A stretch of DNA of 64,000 nt from IMG/VR virus record IMGVR_UViG_3300043777_000086, positions 42,153 through 106,152 of that record; one strand, 5' to 3'. The DNA is from a virus. This document shows, one piece after another, positions 10,801 through 19,636 of the stretch; the first letter of the stretch is position 1; every line of letters starts with the position of its first letter. The notes below the pieces were generated by a model. The model searched no databases, had not been told where the DNA came from, and saw nothing but the letters and a program-made list of their open reading frames with translations. The position numbers and the translations under genes are program-made.

Positions 10801-12548
10801 GAACTCGCTACGGGTGGGTAATTGTCCACCTCAAGCTCGTCGTTACCGGCAATTAGCAGATCCGGGAAATTATCCACAAAGGTGGCGGTGAGCGGGAACC
10901 CATTGGAGTCCACACCCGGATTAGTGGAATACCCCAGGAACCTGAAGAGTCCGTCTGCGAACGTGCCTCCAGCGCGATACACAGCGATCGACCCGAATCC
11001 CGTTAGCGCAGGATTCCCGGTGGCACTATTATCGAAACCGTAGACTGTTACCTGTACAGCCCTGAGCTGCACGGTCACCATGTTCTGGGTGGCCATGTAT
11101 GGGCAGGGGTTACCCATCTCGCCGGTCACTGGATTGCGGAGGATGTACACGTATTGATACGGCAATGCCGCCGCATCGGTGACATTGTCAGGCCCCTGCG
11201 CGCCATGTGCGTAGATCGCTCCGACTTCTACTGAGAACGCCGGCGAACCCGTCACGGTCGCCGAGAGCGCCCACACCTGCACCCCGGTAACCTGCTTCCA
11301 GGAAAACGGACCATTCCCGGCGTTGCCCACCGGCAGGAAGTCGCTCTTGGCGATGTCGAACTCCATCCATACCGGGGCGGCCTGCGGGGCGATCTGGATA
11401 GGCTCCAACTGAGATCCGAACTCGGACGGGAAGATAACGTTTCCGATTGATCCGGCGGTGATCGCCGCCGCCACGGCCGCCTGGATCTGGGCTGCCAGGG
11501 TGGCGTTGTTGACGTAGGTCTGCACCGAGGAGGGCGCCACAGCCTTCAGGTAGTAGTCTGTATGCGAGCCGTTCACCAAAACCTGGATGTTGAGCTGCGT
11601 GATGTATGCCGGGTTTGAAACCCAAAGTCCGATATGCACCAGGTCGTCGCTCGAGTAACCGTCGTCGGGGCTCCCGGTAAACGACCAATCGACGCTGTTG
11701 TCCCACTCTCCGTAGTAGTTACTTCCGTTGGCGGTGAGCGTCGGAGCGGATCCGCCGGTCGAGGTCAGGTTTACAAGTTGGTAATACGAAACGATGGATC
11801 CGGTTGGAATGACTGTAGAGTACACATTAAAGGTGGTGGCGGTGATCGTGTCAACGAGCCCAAGCACCCCGTTCATGTACAGGTACATGCCGCTCAGGAT
11901 TCCGTTCATGGACGACGGCGTAACCTGAAAGTAGTCCTGGCTGATCTGTGTCGCGCTTGTGACGGTCGGAGATCCGCTGAGCCGGTTAGACCCTCCGATC
12001 TGCGTCGTGAGGATCACGTATCCGGGATTCCCTGGCAGGGCTGGGTTTGTTGGCGTAGCCGTCGCCGGGAATAGCGCGGCCGTGATTCCCCATGGATAGA
12101 GTTGGGTGAATGTTCCGTTATCCCACCGCATAGCAGTGGCCTGAGCAAAGAAGATGTACGGGGTGCCTGATGTCCCTGAGTTAAACGTAGCCGACTCCCA
12201 ACGCGAGGTCGGTAGTGATGAAGGAGCTAGGAAGGTGGTGGCGTATGTGTTCACGGTTGTGAACGTCGTGTACGGCCCCGTGCAGCGCCTCATCAAGGAG
12301 CCATCCCCGCAGTAGCGTGGATCAGTGGCGTCGTTGCCAAGGGAGAGCTTGGCAAGCGAGTGGATCACACCCAGAGGCGTATTGGCCGTGAACATCTGGG
12401 ATCCCCGGCGCGGCCCGATAGCCCCCTCTTGTAAGCTAGTCAGGTTTATGGTCGAGGAAAAAGCGCCCTCGGGCAGCAGGGCCGGCTCTTGCTTGAGGTT
12501 GACCCCTTTGAAGATTAAGGGGAAAGCCTTGTTTTTGGTCTCGGCCAT
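7878..12548 (-). CDS. tail nozzle / tubular protein B / stabilization-type protein with amplified C-terminal domains
   Basis: FKGVNL...NL...GAIGPRRG N-terminus, propeller-like RG.IG...IWFVSYDGIY, repeated D.G.P..K domains. Confidence 0.75.
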   Translation of the reverse strand: MAETKNKAFPLIFKGVNLKQEPALLPEGAFSSTINLTSLQEGAIGPRRGSQMFTANTPLGVIHSLAKLSLGNDATDPRYCGDGSLMRRCTGPYTTFTTVNTYATTFLAPSSLPTSRWESATFNSGTSGTPYIFFAQATAMRWDNGTFTQLYPWGITAALFPATATPTNPALPGNPGYVILTTQIGGSNRLSGSPTVTSATQISQDYFQVTPSSMNGILSGMYLYMNGVLGLVDTITATTFNVYSTVIPTGSIVSYYQLVNLTSTGGSAPTLTANGSNYYGEWDNSVDWSFTGSPDDGYSSDDLVHIGLWVSNPAYITQLNIQVLVNGSHTDYYLKAVAPSSVQTYVNNATLAAQIQAAVAAAITAGSIGNVIFPSEFGSQLEPIQIAPQAAPVWMEFDIAKSDFLPVGNAGNGPFSWKQVTGVQVWALSATVTGSPAFSVEVGAIYAHGAQGPDNVTDAAALPYQYVYILRNPVTGEMGNPCPYMATQNMVTVQLRAVQVTVYGFDNSATGNPALTGFGSIAVYRAGGTFADGLFRFLGYSTNPGVDSNGFPLTATFVDNFPDLLIAGNDELEVDNYPPVASSLPTPLNTTLGIAPTPVGGSNPYPNLYSVDIGGSAHLYFTVGSQLTIGSGSNQEIANVFSVGLGFVQVWLQNQHFVGETLTCGVRIGQPCDIVCQAGNSLLLAGDVNNPHICYRSKAGYPGEWPIINLETGNSHQQIIGSPDNPIMGLLDYGGGYVSLNLKSIFIFQIWLGQFLNITETPADRGMIGKHLWCKVNNQIWFVSYDGIYAWAGGGCVKVTEDLDLIFVGIGAEGLNPIDFTQLDQIFIQSFDNYVYLSYRDTSNLINQLRYSLIYKRWEPVVYTSVAAQGALTSMMVEKDTGRLVGAIFLNGPGTSELHLLEMGTSDHYTGAPNSGNPIVWSGTTGIMAPEGRALNKQYVELLVELSNPHDTVTVGLFYDYSGTLDPVDQFTLTATTNRRFVPLQLGVSGGTVFGKEARVFAIQFTGSSIGIVQIFSVQMTYIPLAELQRGRITDWQDNGHPWDKRIYAITLDYNTYGQAIDLFLDIIGGVGGNTQTLAVQTLQISGADRSQQEFAIIDGIIAKKLRLRAQTTTTNFEIFGYQIKAENYPPDIVNFTEYDDSKSPFEKYFQQLVLDVNTNGIAIPVKIEVDGTIVQTVTVTATLNTRDVTITLNPDIMGRKARILLGTVPTNGMFQLWGASFVTMPADKAAVDHSFDYDDLGSPFDKRLITVSFEYDTGGTTTTMLMDTVTGVQGSTLNTAVQSFVLSGTGRCKQSFSITIDTIVKMVRIYPQSTTVSLRVWKYTFTKIDYPPDIVPATEWSDNGWKCEKVWRGIEVDIDTGGVACQLQLELDGSIVQTWTITTTDVDRVRILTCNSNLIGRLARMIPTPGSGGKAQIFKVTYDVWNEPCYRTILDLYENTLGYVGFKVIRQMWVEYLCAAAIVVSVYVAGDALFYQVELPAHADRDIERFFLPDQANGQYNKSKVYRIVVTSIDGVTPFKIYADSSRVESLPLSGQQRASYAEFKWSELTQPQVN
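11414..11427. repeat. 14-bp dispersed palindrome copy ATCCGAACTCGGAC
   Basis: exact match, intragenic. Confidence 0.9.
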
Positions 12549-12589
12549 TCCTTATAGTGTACCCCTCGGAATAAGGGACAATAATCCTA

Positions 12590-13294
12590 ATGTTTCCAGC
12601 CGCGCTAGCCTTTCTTGACGTCCACCACCCTACCCCCATAAAATACACGTGGCTGGCGCTAATCGTAGCTGCGGCTGTATTGAAACTCCTGATTATAGGC
12701 ATGCTCACGCTTCGCTCCACGAGATTCCCTGCCTTCAGGATTTTTCTGCTCATATCAGCCTGGGGCGGGCTAATACAGACGAGCAGACTGTGGAATCTTG
12801 AATGGGAGATCGCCCTGGCTGGAGCACTAGGACTCTTCGTACTCGAGATTCTGTTCGTATCGGGATGGAGTGTGCGCGGACAATTCGTGCGCCGCTACGA
12901 CAGGAACGTGTCGGCGTTCGCCGGTCTGATCCTATTCGCCGTGATGCTCATCGCGGCGCCGGCTCCGTATCCGGGGTATCCCCCGCCTCTATATTACACG
13001 CGACTCTATACCGCGATCATTGCGGAGGGGATGGTGATTGCGGCGGCGATCTACTATTGGTTCGATCGGATCGGAAGGGAGGCGTGGGTCAAATGGCATA
13101 ATGCCTGCGCCATTTTCTACATCGCCATCCCGCTGGCGGCAGCCGGATACCGCGGGTCGCATCGCTGGGAGGCGCGAATTGTCATCACCTCCCTGAATCT
13201 CGCCTGCCTTTCGGTGTGGCTGTGGCTCAGTCTTGCCCGCGAAGATCGCGTATGTCCCGATGTAGGTCCTGTATGTTCTGCCTCCATTCAATAA
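12590..13294 (+). CDS. polytopic membrane protein
   Basis: about 7 hydrophobic segments; opposite strand to flanking genes. Confidence 0.75.
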   Translation: MFPAALAFLDVHHPTPIKYTWLALIVAAAVLKLLIIGMLTLRSTRFPAFRIFLLISAWGGLIQTSRLWNLEWEIALAGALGLFVLEILFVSGWSVRGQFVRRYDRNVSAFAGLILFAVMLIAAPAPYPGYPPPLYYTRLYTAIIAEGMVIAAAIYYWFDRIGREAWVKWHNACAIFYIAIPLAAAGYRGSHRWEARIVITSLNLACLSVWLWLSLAREDRVCPDVGPVCSASIQ

Positions 13295-13559
13295 CCAGGA
13301 GGGCATCCTTGGACTCTTTGTCGCGTCTCTCGCGATCCATATCATCCAGTCTTTGCAACACCGGCCTAAGTTCGCTGGCGATAGTCGCCCTGATCACAGC
13401 GTCCACTGTAACAGGCTTACCGTTACCGTTAGACTTGGCAAGTTTGGACTTCATGCGTGCCAATAAACCACCCAGCACGCTGATGACCAATAGCAATGCG
13501 CCGATGACCCGCTCAAGTAAATTATTGGTATCGGCGCTGTTCTGGTTGGAGTCAAGCAT
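13227..13559 (-). CDS. single-TM coiled-coil protein (holin/antiholin-like)
   Basis: one TM plus coiled coil, in membrane-gene cluster. Confidence 0.55.
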   Translation of the reverse strand: MLDSNQNSADTNNLLERVIGALLLVISVLGGLLARMKSKLAKSNGNGKPVTVDAVIRATIASELRPVLQRLDDMDRERRDKESKDALLVIEWRQNIQDLHRDIRDLRGQD

Positions 13560-13560
13560 C

Positions 13561-13824
13561 TCAAGGCCATGGGGGTCCGGGCGGGTCGTACAGCACGTGC
13601 GCGGTGGCGACCTCGTACACCCATTCTCCCACGAGCACGTCCCCTTCTATAACTTTTACTGCCTTGACGTTAAAAAATTTCCTGTCAGGGCTGTGCTCGA
13701 GCACGGCAATGATGATGGCCGTCCAAAGATTACCCTGATCGTCTTGATAGGGCGCGAACTGATCCGGTTTAGGCGGTTCGCCCGTAACAGCAAGAGGTGG
13801 ATTGGCAATGTAGTTTTGTGACAT
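13561..13824 (-). CDS. hypothetical protein
   Basis: tightly packed ORF in operon. Confidence 0.6.
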   Translation of the reverse strand: MSQNYIANPPLAVTGEPPKPDQFAPYQDDQGNLWTAIIIAVLEHSPDRKFFNVKAVKVIEGDVLVGEWVYEVATAHVLYDPPGPPWP

Positions 13825-13826
13825 TT

Positions 13827-14168
13827 CTATTGTCCCTTTCTCAAGAAATACAAAATTAACGCGCCTATCAGCATCTGAATAATAACCCCAGCCCCCAGTC
13901 CGATGTAGATGAACTTCCAGACGTTTTCCATTTGCTCGACAACGCGTTGATGTCGGCTATTGTATTCGTCCTTCGAGACCATTTCTTTCTGCATCTCGCG
14001 GTTCTCCGAACGCAGATTGTTCATGTCCCGAAGGCGTTCGTCCATGAGCTTTTGCAGCAGCGCCGTTTGTCCGTCGCGTAATTCAAAGACCTCCCTTAGG
14101 TGTTCAAAACGAAGCCTGATGATCTCGGTTAATTGCTCAACGTCATGACTCCTTGTTCCCGAAGGCAT
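13827..14168 (-). CDS. coiled coil plus C-terminal TM protein (XhlA/holin-like)
   Basis: coiled coil then IYIGLGAGVIIQMLIGALILYF. Confidence 0.6.
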   Translation of the reverse strand: MPSGTRSHDVEQLTEIIRLRFEHLREVFELRDGQTALLQKLMDERLRDMNNLRSENREMQKEMVSKDEYNSRHQRVVEQMENVWKFIYIGLGAGVIIQMLIGALILYFLRKGQ

Positions 14169-14174
14169 TGCTCT

Positions 14175-14618
14175 TCAGTGCTCAACGGAAACCACCAGAT
14201 GCTCATCGATCGGCTTGCCAGCGGCATCGTCCTTTTCGGCTGGCACGAGCGTTACTTCTTTCGGTTTCTTTACGACATTTTGAAACATCCACTCCTGGCC
14301 AGCCCGCTGCGCAGCGAAACGAATGAAGCCGTCGTAAAGCGCATGCAGGGATGGGGTCGATCCCGTGAAGTGCCATCCGGTTGACGCGTCTCCGCTGGTT
14401 ATGCTAATCGTGCCTTGTACGAACAGCGCCGTCCCGAGTGCGGCTCCGGTGGACACCCAACGCGTCACGCGATCGGAGTTCGCACTAAGCCACGGGAACC
14501 AGCGCGCACGCTTCAACCACTGAATCACGTAAACTGTGATCACTACCAAACCGGCTTGGTGCGCCATCGCGTCTAGCGCGCGCATCAGATCCGGGTTGGA
14601 GATATCTTCGGATTGCAT
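14175..14618 (-). CDS. putative holin
   Basis: VYVIQWLK..W.PW motif, 2-3 TM segments. Confidence 0.6.
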   Translation of the reverse strand: MQSEDISNPDLMRALDAMAHQAGLVVITVYVIQWLKRARWFPWLSANSDRVTRWVSTGAALGTALFVQGTISITSGDASTGWHFTGSTPSLHALYDGFIRFAAQRAGQEWMFQNVVKKPKEVTLVPAEKDDAAGKPIDEHLVVSVEH

Positions 14619-14899
14619 TACTTTACTGGCGGGATGGGGTCTACCTGTTCAACTTTTATGACCGGCTGCTGGGTGTTCGCTGCAATCACCTCCGGGCTCG
14701 ATGGTTGAGGGATCTTTCCGCCCGACACCTGCGAATCCTTGGCATTCACCCCGAAGCTCGCTAACCCACCCGCCATCGCGAACATAGCGATCGCCATAAT
14801 CCAATTCGGAAACGTGATGAAGTGGAGCTGCTGAGCGAATAGAACAAAAGACGCGGCAGCCGATATGGATGCCGCTACTGTGGTTCTCCAGCTCTTCAT
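14618..14899 (-). CDS. putative holin (2 TM)
   Basis: MKSWRTT...G..AKD pattern typical of small phage holin-like proteins; AAGGAGG RBS. Confidence 0.65.
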   Translation of the reverse strand: MKSWRTTVAASISAAASFVLFAQQLHFITFPNWIMAIAMFAMAGGLASFGVNAKDSQVSGGKIPQPSSPEVIAANTQQPVIKVEQVDPIPPVK

Positions 14900-15025
14900 A
14901 GAACCCTCCTTGATCCTTACCAGGATCTGCATTTGGCTAACGATAACATAGCCCTACCGGGCTCGAATTAATGTGGACAAAAATATCCGAGGCGTGATAT
15001 CCTAGCCCCCAGAAACCGCACAGAC

Positions 15026-16615
15026 ATGCCGATAAATCCCACCATAATCTTCTGCACAACCTGCAAGGGACGCACGCAGCATTTAGCGCAGACGCTCCCT
15101 ATGAATCTTCGCGACAACGCCAACTACCCGAACTGTAAATTCGTTGTGCTGGATTACGGAGACCCTGGTGAGTTGAAGGAATACCTGAGGGCGGTTCATC
15201 CTCCTGACATTGCCAGCGGCCGCCTTAGCGTTTATCGTTTTGAGACAGAGGAGCCCTTTCATGTCTCGCACGCCAAGAACATCGCGGCCCGTTGCGGTAT
15301 TTTAGAGGGCGCTGACATCCTCGTCACGCTCGATGCCGACAACTTCACCGGGCCAGGCTTCGCGCAATACATTGCGGATCACTTTCAAGTTTTAGACTAC
15401 GCACCACCGGGGCAGTTTTTGGTCCCCAACCACCTCTACATCCAGAGCCTTCCGCACGGCCCCGGACGACCCTGCCGGGGTTTCGCCGGCCGCTTGGCGA
15501 TCCGCGCACAGGACTTCATCAAGATGGGCGGGTACGACGAGACTTACAACACCTGGCGCGGAGAGGACATCGACCTGATGTTTCGAATGATGCGTTCCGG
15601 CTACGCACTGCGGCATATCGACAACCGATTTCTGAATACGATCCCGCACAACGCCGCGGTCCGATTCAAGGAGTACCCCGAGGCTCGGCAGTACGAGAAT
15701 CCGGATGAGGTCAAGGTGATCCGCGCCCGTACGGAAACCGTCGTCAACTATGGCAAGTTTGGTATGGGAACGGTTTACCGCAACTTCAGCTCCAGACCCA
15801 TTGAACTTACTGCCGTTCCCACTAGGATCTTCGGAATCGGAATGCATAAAACCGGTACCACTAGCCTGAACGCGGCGTTTCAGATCCTCGGTTTAGATAG
15901 CCTCCATTGGGGAGCCGGTGAAGCGCCTCGGATCTGGCAGGAGATGAACTCTGGAGAATTTTCTAAGACGCTCGAGCAATGGTACGCGCTTTCCGACCTT
16001 CCAATCCCTCTGCTTTACAAGAAGCTCGATCGCGCTTACCCTGGATCGAAGTTCATCCTCACGGTGCGCAACGAGGAGAAGTGGCTCCGGAGTGTCGAAC
16101 GGCTATGGAGCCCGAGGTTCAACCCGACCAGGCACCTCTGGAACATCTGGCCGTTTAGCAACACCATCCATCGCGTGCTGTACGGACAGGATACGTTCGA
16201 CGCAGATATATTTCTTGAAAGATACCGGCGGCACAATCGAGAGGTGATAGAGTATTTCCGCCAGCGCCCGCAGGATCTACTCGTGCTAGATATGGACGCC
16301 GAGGCGAAGTGGGCGCCTCTTTGCATGTTCCTCGGATTGCGCTATCCGGCAGTCGAATTCCCTACGCAAAATCAGACTCAGGCGTTTGAGTCGCTAAAGG
16401 TATACTCTGCCCCCGAACCGTGCGATGACGTCGACAGCGATGAAGAGCTTCTCGCAAGAAGCCTTCGTGAGTACTGGAGGACCGCACCCCCAAGTGGACA
16501 GCCGACACCAACTCAGCCGATGACCACGCATCATAAAAGAAGAATGCGCCGGATCCGGCGTAGGAGAGAGGTGGAGGCTAATACCCCGATCAAGGGACCG
16601 GAGGAAATAGCGTGA
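15026..16615 (+). CDS. GT2/GT7-like glycosyltransferase fused to sulfotransferase domain
   Basis: VVLDY, AKNIAAR, LDAD, GGYDE..W.GEDID; then GIGMHKTGTTSL PAPS loop, YPGSKFILTVR..W..S, W.PLC.FLG. Confidence 0.9.
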   Translation: MPINPTIIFCTTCKGRTQHLAQTLPMNLRDNANYPNCKFVVLDYGDPGELKEYLRAVHPPDIASGRLSVYRFETEEPFHVSHAKNIAARCGILEGADILVTLDADNFTGPGFAQYIADHFQVLDYAPPGQFLVPNHLYIQSLPHGPGRPCRGFAGRLAIRAQDFIKMGGYDETYNTWRGEDIDLMFRMMRSGYALRHIDNRFLNTIPHNAAVRFKEYPEARQYENPDEVKVIRARTETVVNYGKFGMGTVYRNFSSRPIELTAVPTRIFGIGMHKTGTTSLNAAFQILGLDSLHWGAGEAPRIWQEMNSGEFSKTLEQWYALSDLPIPLLYKKLDRAYPGSKFILTVRNEEKWLRSVERLWSPRFNPTRHLWNIWPFSNTIHRVLYGQDTFDADIFLERYRRHNREVIEYFRQRPQDLLVLDMDAEAKWAPLCMFLGLRYPAVEFPTQNQTQAFESLKVYSAPEPCDDVDSDEELLARSLREYWRTAPPSGQPTPTQPMTTHHKRRMRRIRRRREVEANTPIKGPEEIA

Positions 16616-17127
16616 CGGTTTTGATGACAGGTCTACCGTGCTCTGGAAAGACGACGCTCTCCTTAGCGCTCTGTAATCTTCTACGCAACTCCGGACGCCG
16701 CGCCGAGATCCTCGACGGTGACGTGGTGCGCTTCGAGCTATGGAAGGAGCTTGGGTTCAGCCAGTCTGATCGCGAGGAAAACGTTCGCCGCCTTGGTTAT
16801 CTTGCGCGTATGCTCTCCCGGAACGGCGCTATTGCCATCATAGCGGCGGTGTCCCCCTACCGCGCCTCCCGCGACCATATCCGCAAAATATCCGACAACG
16901 GATTTATGGAGGTATACGTTAAGGCGCCTCTTTCTGTTTGCGAGACCCGCGACGTAAAGGGAATGTATGCCCAGGCGCGCGCCGGTAAGCGACCACACTT
17001 CACCGGCATCGACGACCCCTATGAGGCGCCGGTCAATCCCGAGGTAGAATGCCTAACAGATGAAGAGAGCGTCGCGGAGATCGTCGCCAAGATCGTGATC
17101 GAGCTTAAAAAGCAAGGAGCCCTCTAA
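16612..17127 (+). CDS. cysC: adenylyl-sulfate (APS) kinase
   Basis: TGLPCSGKTT, LDGD.VR, LGFS..DR.EN.RR, SPY, RDVKG.Y, FTGIDDPYE.P. Confidence 0.97.
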   Translation: MTVLMTGLPCSGKTTLSLALCNLLRNSGRRAEILDGDVVRFELWKELGFSQSDREENVRRLGYLARMLSRNGAIAIIAAVSPYRASRDHIRKISDNGFMEVYVKAPLSVCETRDVKGMYAQARAGKRPHFTGIDDPYEAPVNPEVECLTDEESVAEIVAKIVIELKKQGAL

Positions 17128-17954
17128 TGAACTACCGCCTCGGAAAGCGCCCGCCGGTTGTCGACGCGCGCACACTTAAATTCAGGAAGTACACTACTAC
17201 TTTACCGCCAGTTCCGCTATTAGTTGATTTCATGTCCAAGGTCCCGAGTTTCCCGATGTATCTCAATGATGTTGAGGGCGACTGTGTATGCGCCGCCGCG
17301 GGCCACATGATTCAGAACTGGACGCAGTATTCCGGCAAGTACTTCCAGCCAACCGACGCTGACATTCAGACGTTCTACGAGTTCAGCGGATTCGATCCCG
17401 GCAATCCGTCGACCGATCAGGGATGGGAACTCCTGCCTGCATTGAAGGTGTGGCGCAACAAAGGCATCGGCGGTCATAAGATCGTCGCCTTTGCGCAACT
17501 CACCACCGGAGACTTCGGGGAACTCCTGGATGCGATCCGGATCTTTGGAAATGCCTACCTGGGGTTCAGCCTTCCGGATTACGTAGTGCCCAACTCCGGA
17601 CCGGACTGGACAACCATCCGGTGGCTGTACGAAGAAGGCAACCCTCCCGATCCAAATAACGGCCACTGTGTGCCGGCTATGAAATTTTCCCTTAAAACCG
17701 CATACGGTCATCGCGTGTGGTTCGTTTCCTGGGCGGCAAGGATGGTGATGAACCCCCCGTTCTACCAAGCCTATAGCGATGAAGCCTGGGTGGCGATCAC
17801 GCAGGACTGGATAGATGCGGATGCTAAGTCTCCGAGCGGGTTCAATATGGCAGCGCTTACCGCCGACCTGGCATTAATTACCGGGAAACCGCAGGCGGCG
17901 ACCGCGATCCAACCCAAGAGTGCTGATAGAAAGAAATGGTGGAGCCGGCTATGA
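17127..17954 (+). CDS. papain-like (C1-type) cysteine peptidase
   Basis: ND..GDCVCAA.GH, GHCV, SW motifs. Confidence 0.75.
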   Translation: MNYRLGKRPPVVDARTLKFRKYTTTLPPVPLLVDFMSKVPSFPMYLNDVEGDCVCAAAGHMIQNWTQYSGKYFQPTDADIQTFYEFSGFDPGNPSTDQGWELLPALKVWRNKGIGGHKIVAFAQLTTGDFGELLDAIRIFGNAYLGFSLPDYVVPNSGPDWTTIRWLYEEGNPPDPNNGHCVPAMKFSLKTAYGHRVWFVSWAARMVMNPPFYQAYSDEAWVAITQDWIDADAKSPSGFNMAALTADLALITGKPQAATAIQPKSADRKKWWSRL

Positions 17955-18319
17955 CACCCTCTCAATTCAGAACCGATCGCAACAATAACCCCACGGCCAT
18001 GATCGTGCAGTTGGCCCAGGAAGGCGGGCTCGTTGAAGGTACCGACTACACCCAGGGGGACGCTTTCGAATCCGGAGGTAGGACCTACTACACCGCCAAG
18101 CTCCTTGGGGATCCGGTAGCCCTCACAATCAAAGTGATCGACGAAGTGGGATTCTACTCTGAACCGCCGCATGCCCGCTGGAACTACATCGCTATACCGC
18201 ACGCCCTGTGGATGAGCCTGAATACAATCCAGAAGTCTTACGTGATCGGCTGGATGTATTCACAGGAGGGTGGAGTGGCGATGAGGAATCTATTTCCGGT
18301 TGCGCCTTATAGCGCGTAA
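17951..18319 (+). CDS. RNNNP-motif protein (lysozyme-like/virion hydrolase candidate)
   Basis: DRNNNPTAM start, ends in M.S.EG; ATGA overlap with upstream gene. Confidence 0.5.
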   Translation: MTPSQFRTDRNNNPTAMIVQLAQEGGLVEGTDYTQGDAFESGGRTYYTAKLLGDPVALTIKVIDEVGFYSEPPHARWNYIAIPHALWMSLNTIQKSYVIGWMYSQEGGVAMRNLFPVAPYSA

Positions 18320-18340
18320 CGCGGATACGGCGGATTTGGA

Positions 18341-19015
18341 TCACGGAGCCACCGCGTTAATCGCCTGAGCGTACAGCGCAGAAGAATGCCAGGCGATCGG
18401 GTCGATGTCCTTCAGGTCCAAGAATCCGTCCGGTGCCTTAGTCACGTGCGTGAGCGGGATGTTCTTGTACGCGAATGCAGGCGGCAAAGGTAGGGGCAGC
18501 ATAGGGACTGGGTCGCCATAGAAGCCTGCCGCGTTCCTGTAATTGCGCCATTCCACTTTGGACAGGAAGTCGAGGAATGCTTGGAATCCCGGAGCTGGGC
18601 CTGCCATTCCGATTATGCGAAGCATCGAAGGATCGGGTTGGTACTGATCTAGGAAGATCGCGCCGGCTTCCGCCGCGCGTTGGCTTCCTAGGCTGTGTCC
18701 CGTTAAGGTGGTCTTCAATCCCAAGTTCAAGAGGGGGACGATCCGCGCCATCGTCTCGGGCATCCCACAGAATGATCCAGAGTGGACAGGTCCGAATCTG
18801 GCGTGCTGGTAAGGCTGTGGGTAGGCCATAAGATCCTGCAACCAATTCTGAAGCTCAGAGGGAAGCGTGCCGCGAAATACTACTACGTTCTCATCTGGGG
18901 TCAACAATACCGCACAGCATATGGAGAAGCCCTCCTCTGGGTAGTATTTGGTGAACCCCGCCGCGCCAGAGTAGATTGCGTGGCTAAGTTGCGCGGCCTG
19001 TGCGTCTGATATCAT
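18341..19015 (-). CDS. class 3 lipase
   Basis: VVFRGT, VHSG, TGHSLG, DPVP, WH...Y. Confidence 0.9.
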   Translation of the reverse strand: MISDAQAAQLSHAIYSGAAGFTKYYPEEGFSICCAVLLTPDENVVVFRGTLPSELQNWLQDLMAYPQPYQHARFGPVHSGSFCGMPETMARIVPLLNLGLKTTLTGHSLGSQRAAEAGAIFLDQYQPDPSMLRIIGMAGPAPGFQAFLDFLSKVEWRNYRNAAGFYGDPVPMLPLPLPPAFAYKNIPLTHVTKAPDGFLDLKDIDPIAWHSSALYAQAINAVAP

Positions 19016-19136
19016 GATCGCCACTGAATCGCCAGCCAACCAGCCGCCCCAAGAAGTGCCAGCAATGCAAATACAATCCAGCATGCCAGCCAGAAGCGCT
19101 GTACGTCGTTAGGGGTGTGCGGGGATTGGTGGGTCA

Positions 19137-19541
19137 TTAGGCCACGCTTTCGTTCAATAGGTTATCGGACGCCCATTCACGCATCCGCAACCAACGGTGC
19201 TCTGGTGTCTCAGGGCCGCCCTCATCATTCTGATAAGCGATCTCCATCGCGAGCTGTCGCGCGATATCGAATACCGCAGCAACCTGCTCGGGTTCCTCTG
19301 GGTCGATCTCCTGCATTTTTATGCCACGCATCCGACCGACAGCACCGAGAGCGCAAACTTGACCGTCTGGGGTTTCCAATTCCGAAGATACGAGAGCCTT
19401 TTCGGGCATTAGATCGAGCGCAGCAACCATATCAGCGAGTAGTTTTTGGCCGCGCTTGCCACGAATAGCGCTCGCAACTTGGCCGCGCCATTTAATAAGA
19501 TCCCATTGGTCAAGATCTTCAGAATATCCCGATCTGCTCAT
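19137..19541 (-). CDS. phage hypothetical protein
   Basis: MSRSGY...WRG.V.SAIRGKRGQ...VCALG...NDE...RW. Confidence 0.75.
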   Translation of the reverse strand: MSRSGYSEDLDQWDLIKWRGQVASAIRGKRGQKLLADMVAALDLMPEKALVSSELETPDGQVCALGAVGRMRGIKMQEIDPEEPEQVAAVFDIARQLAMEIAYQNDEGGPETPEHRWLRMREWASDNLLNESVA

Positions 19542-19636
19542 GGACACACTCCTATTTCATAGCAGAACCATCTCACGGGCACGTCCCAGTCTTCTGCCAC
19601 GTCACGGTAAGTGCAGGCAGAGCAATCGTCATTGAA

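Noticed and set aside
13216-13821. Long plus-strand ORFs antisense to late genes (also 20699-21574, 30781-31767, 46255-47190)
   Set aside because: Shadow frames of GC-rich real genes, with no RBS or motifs
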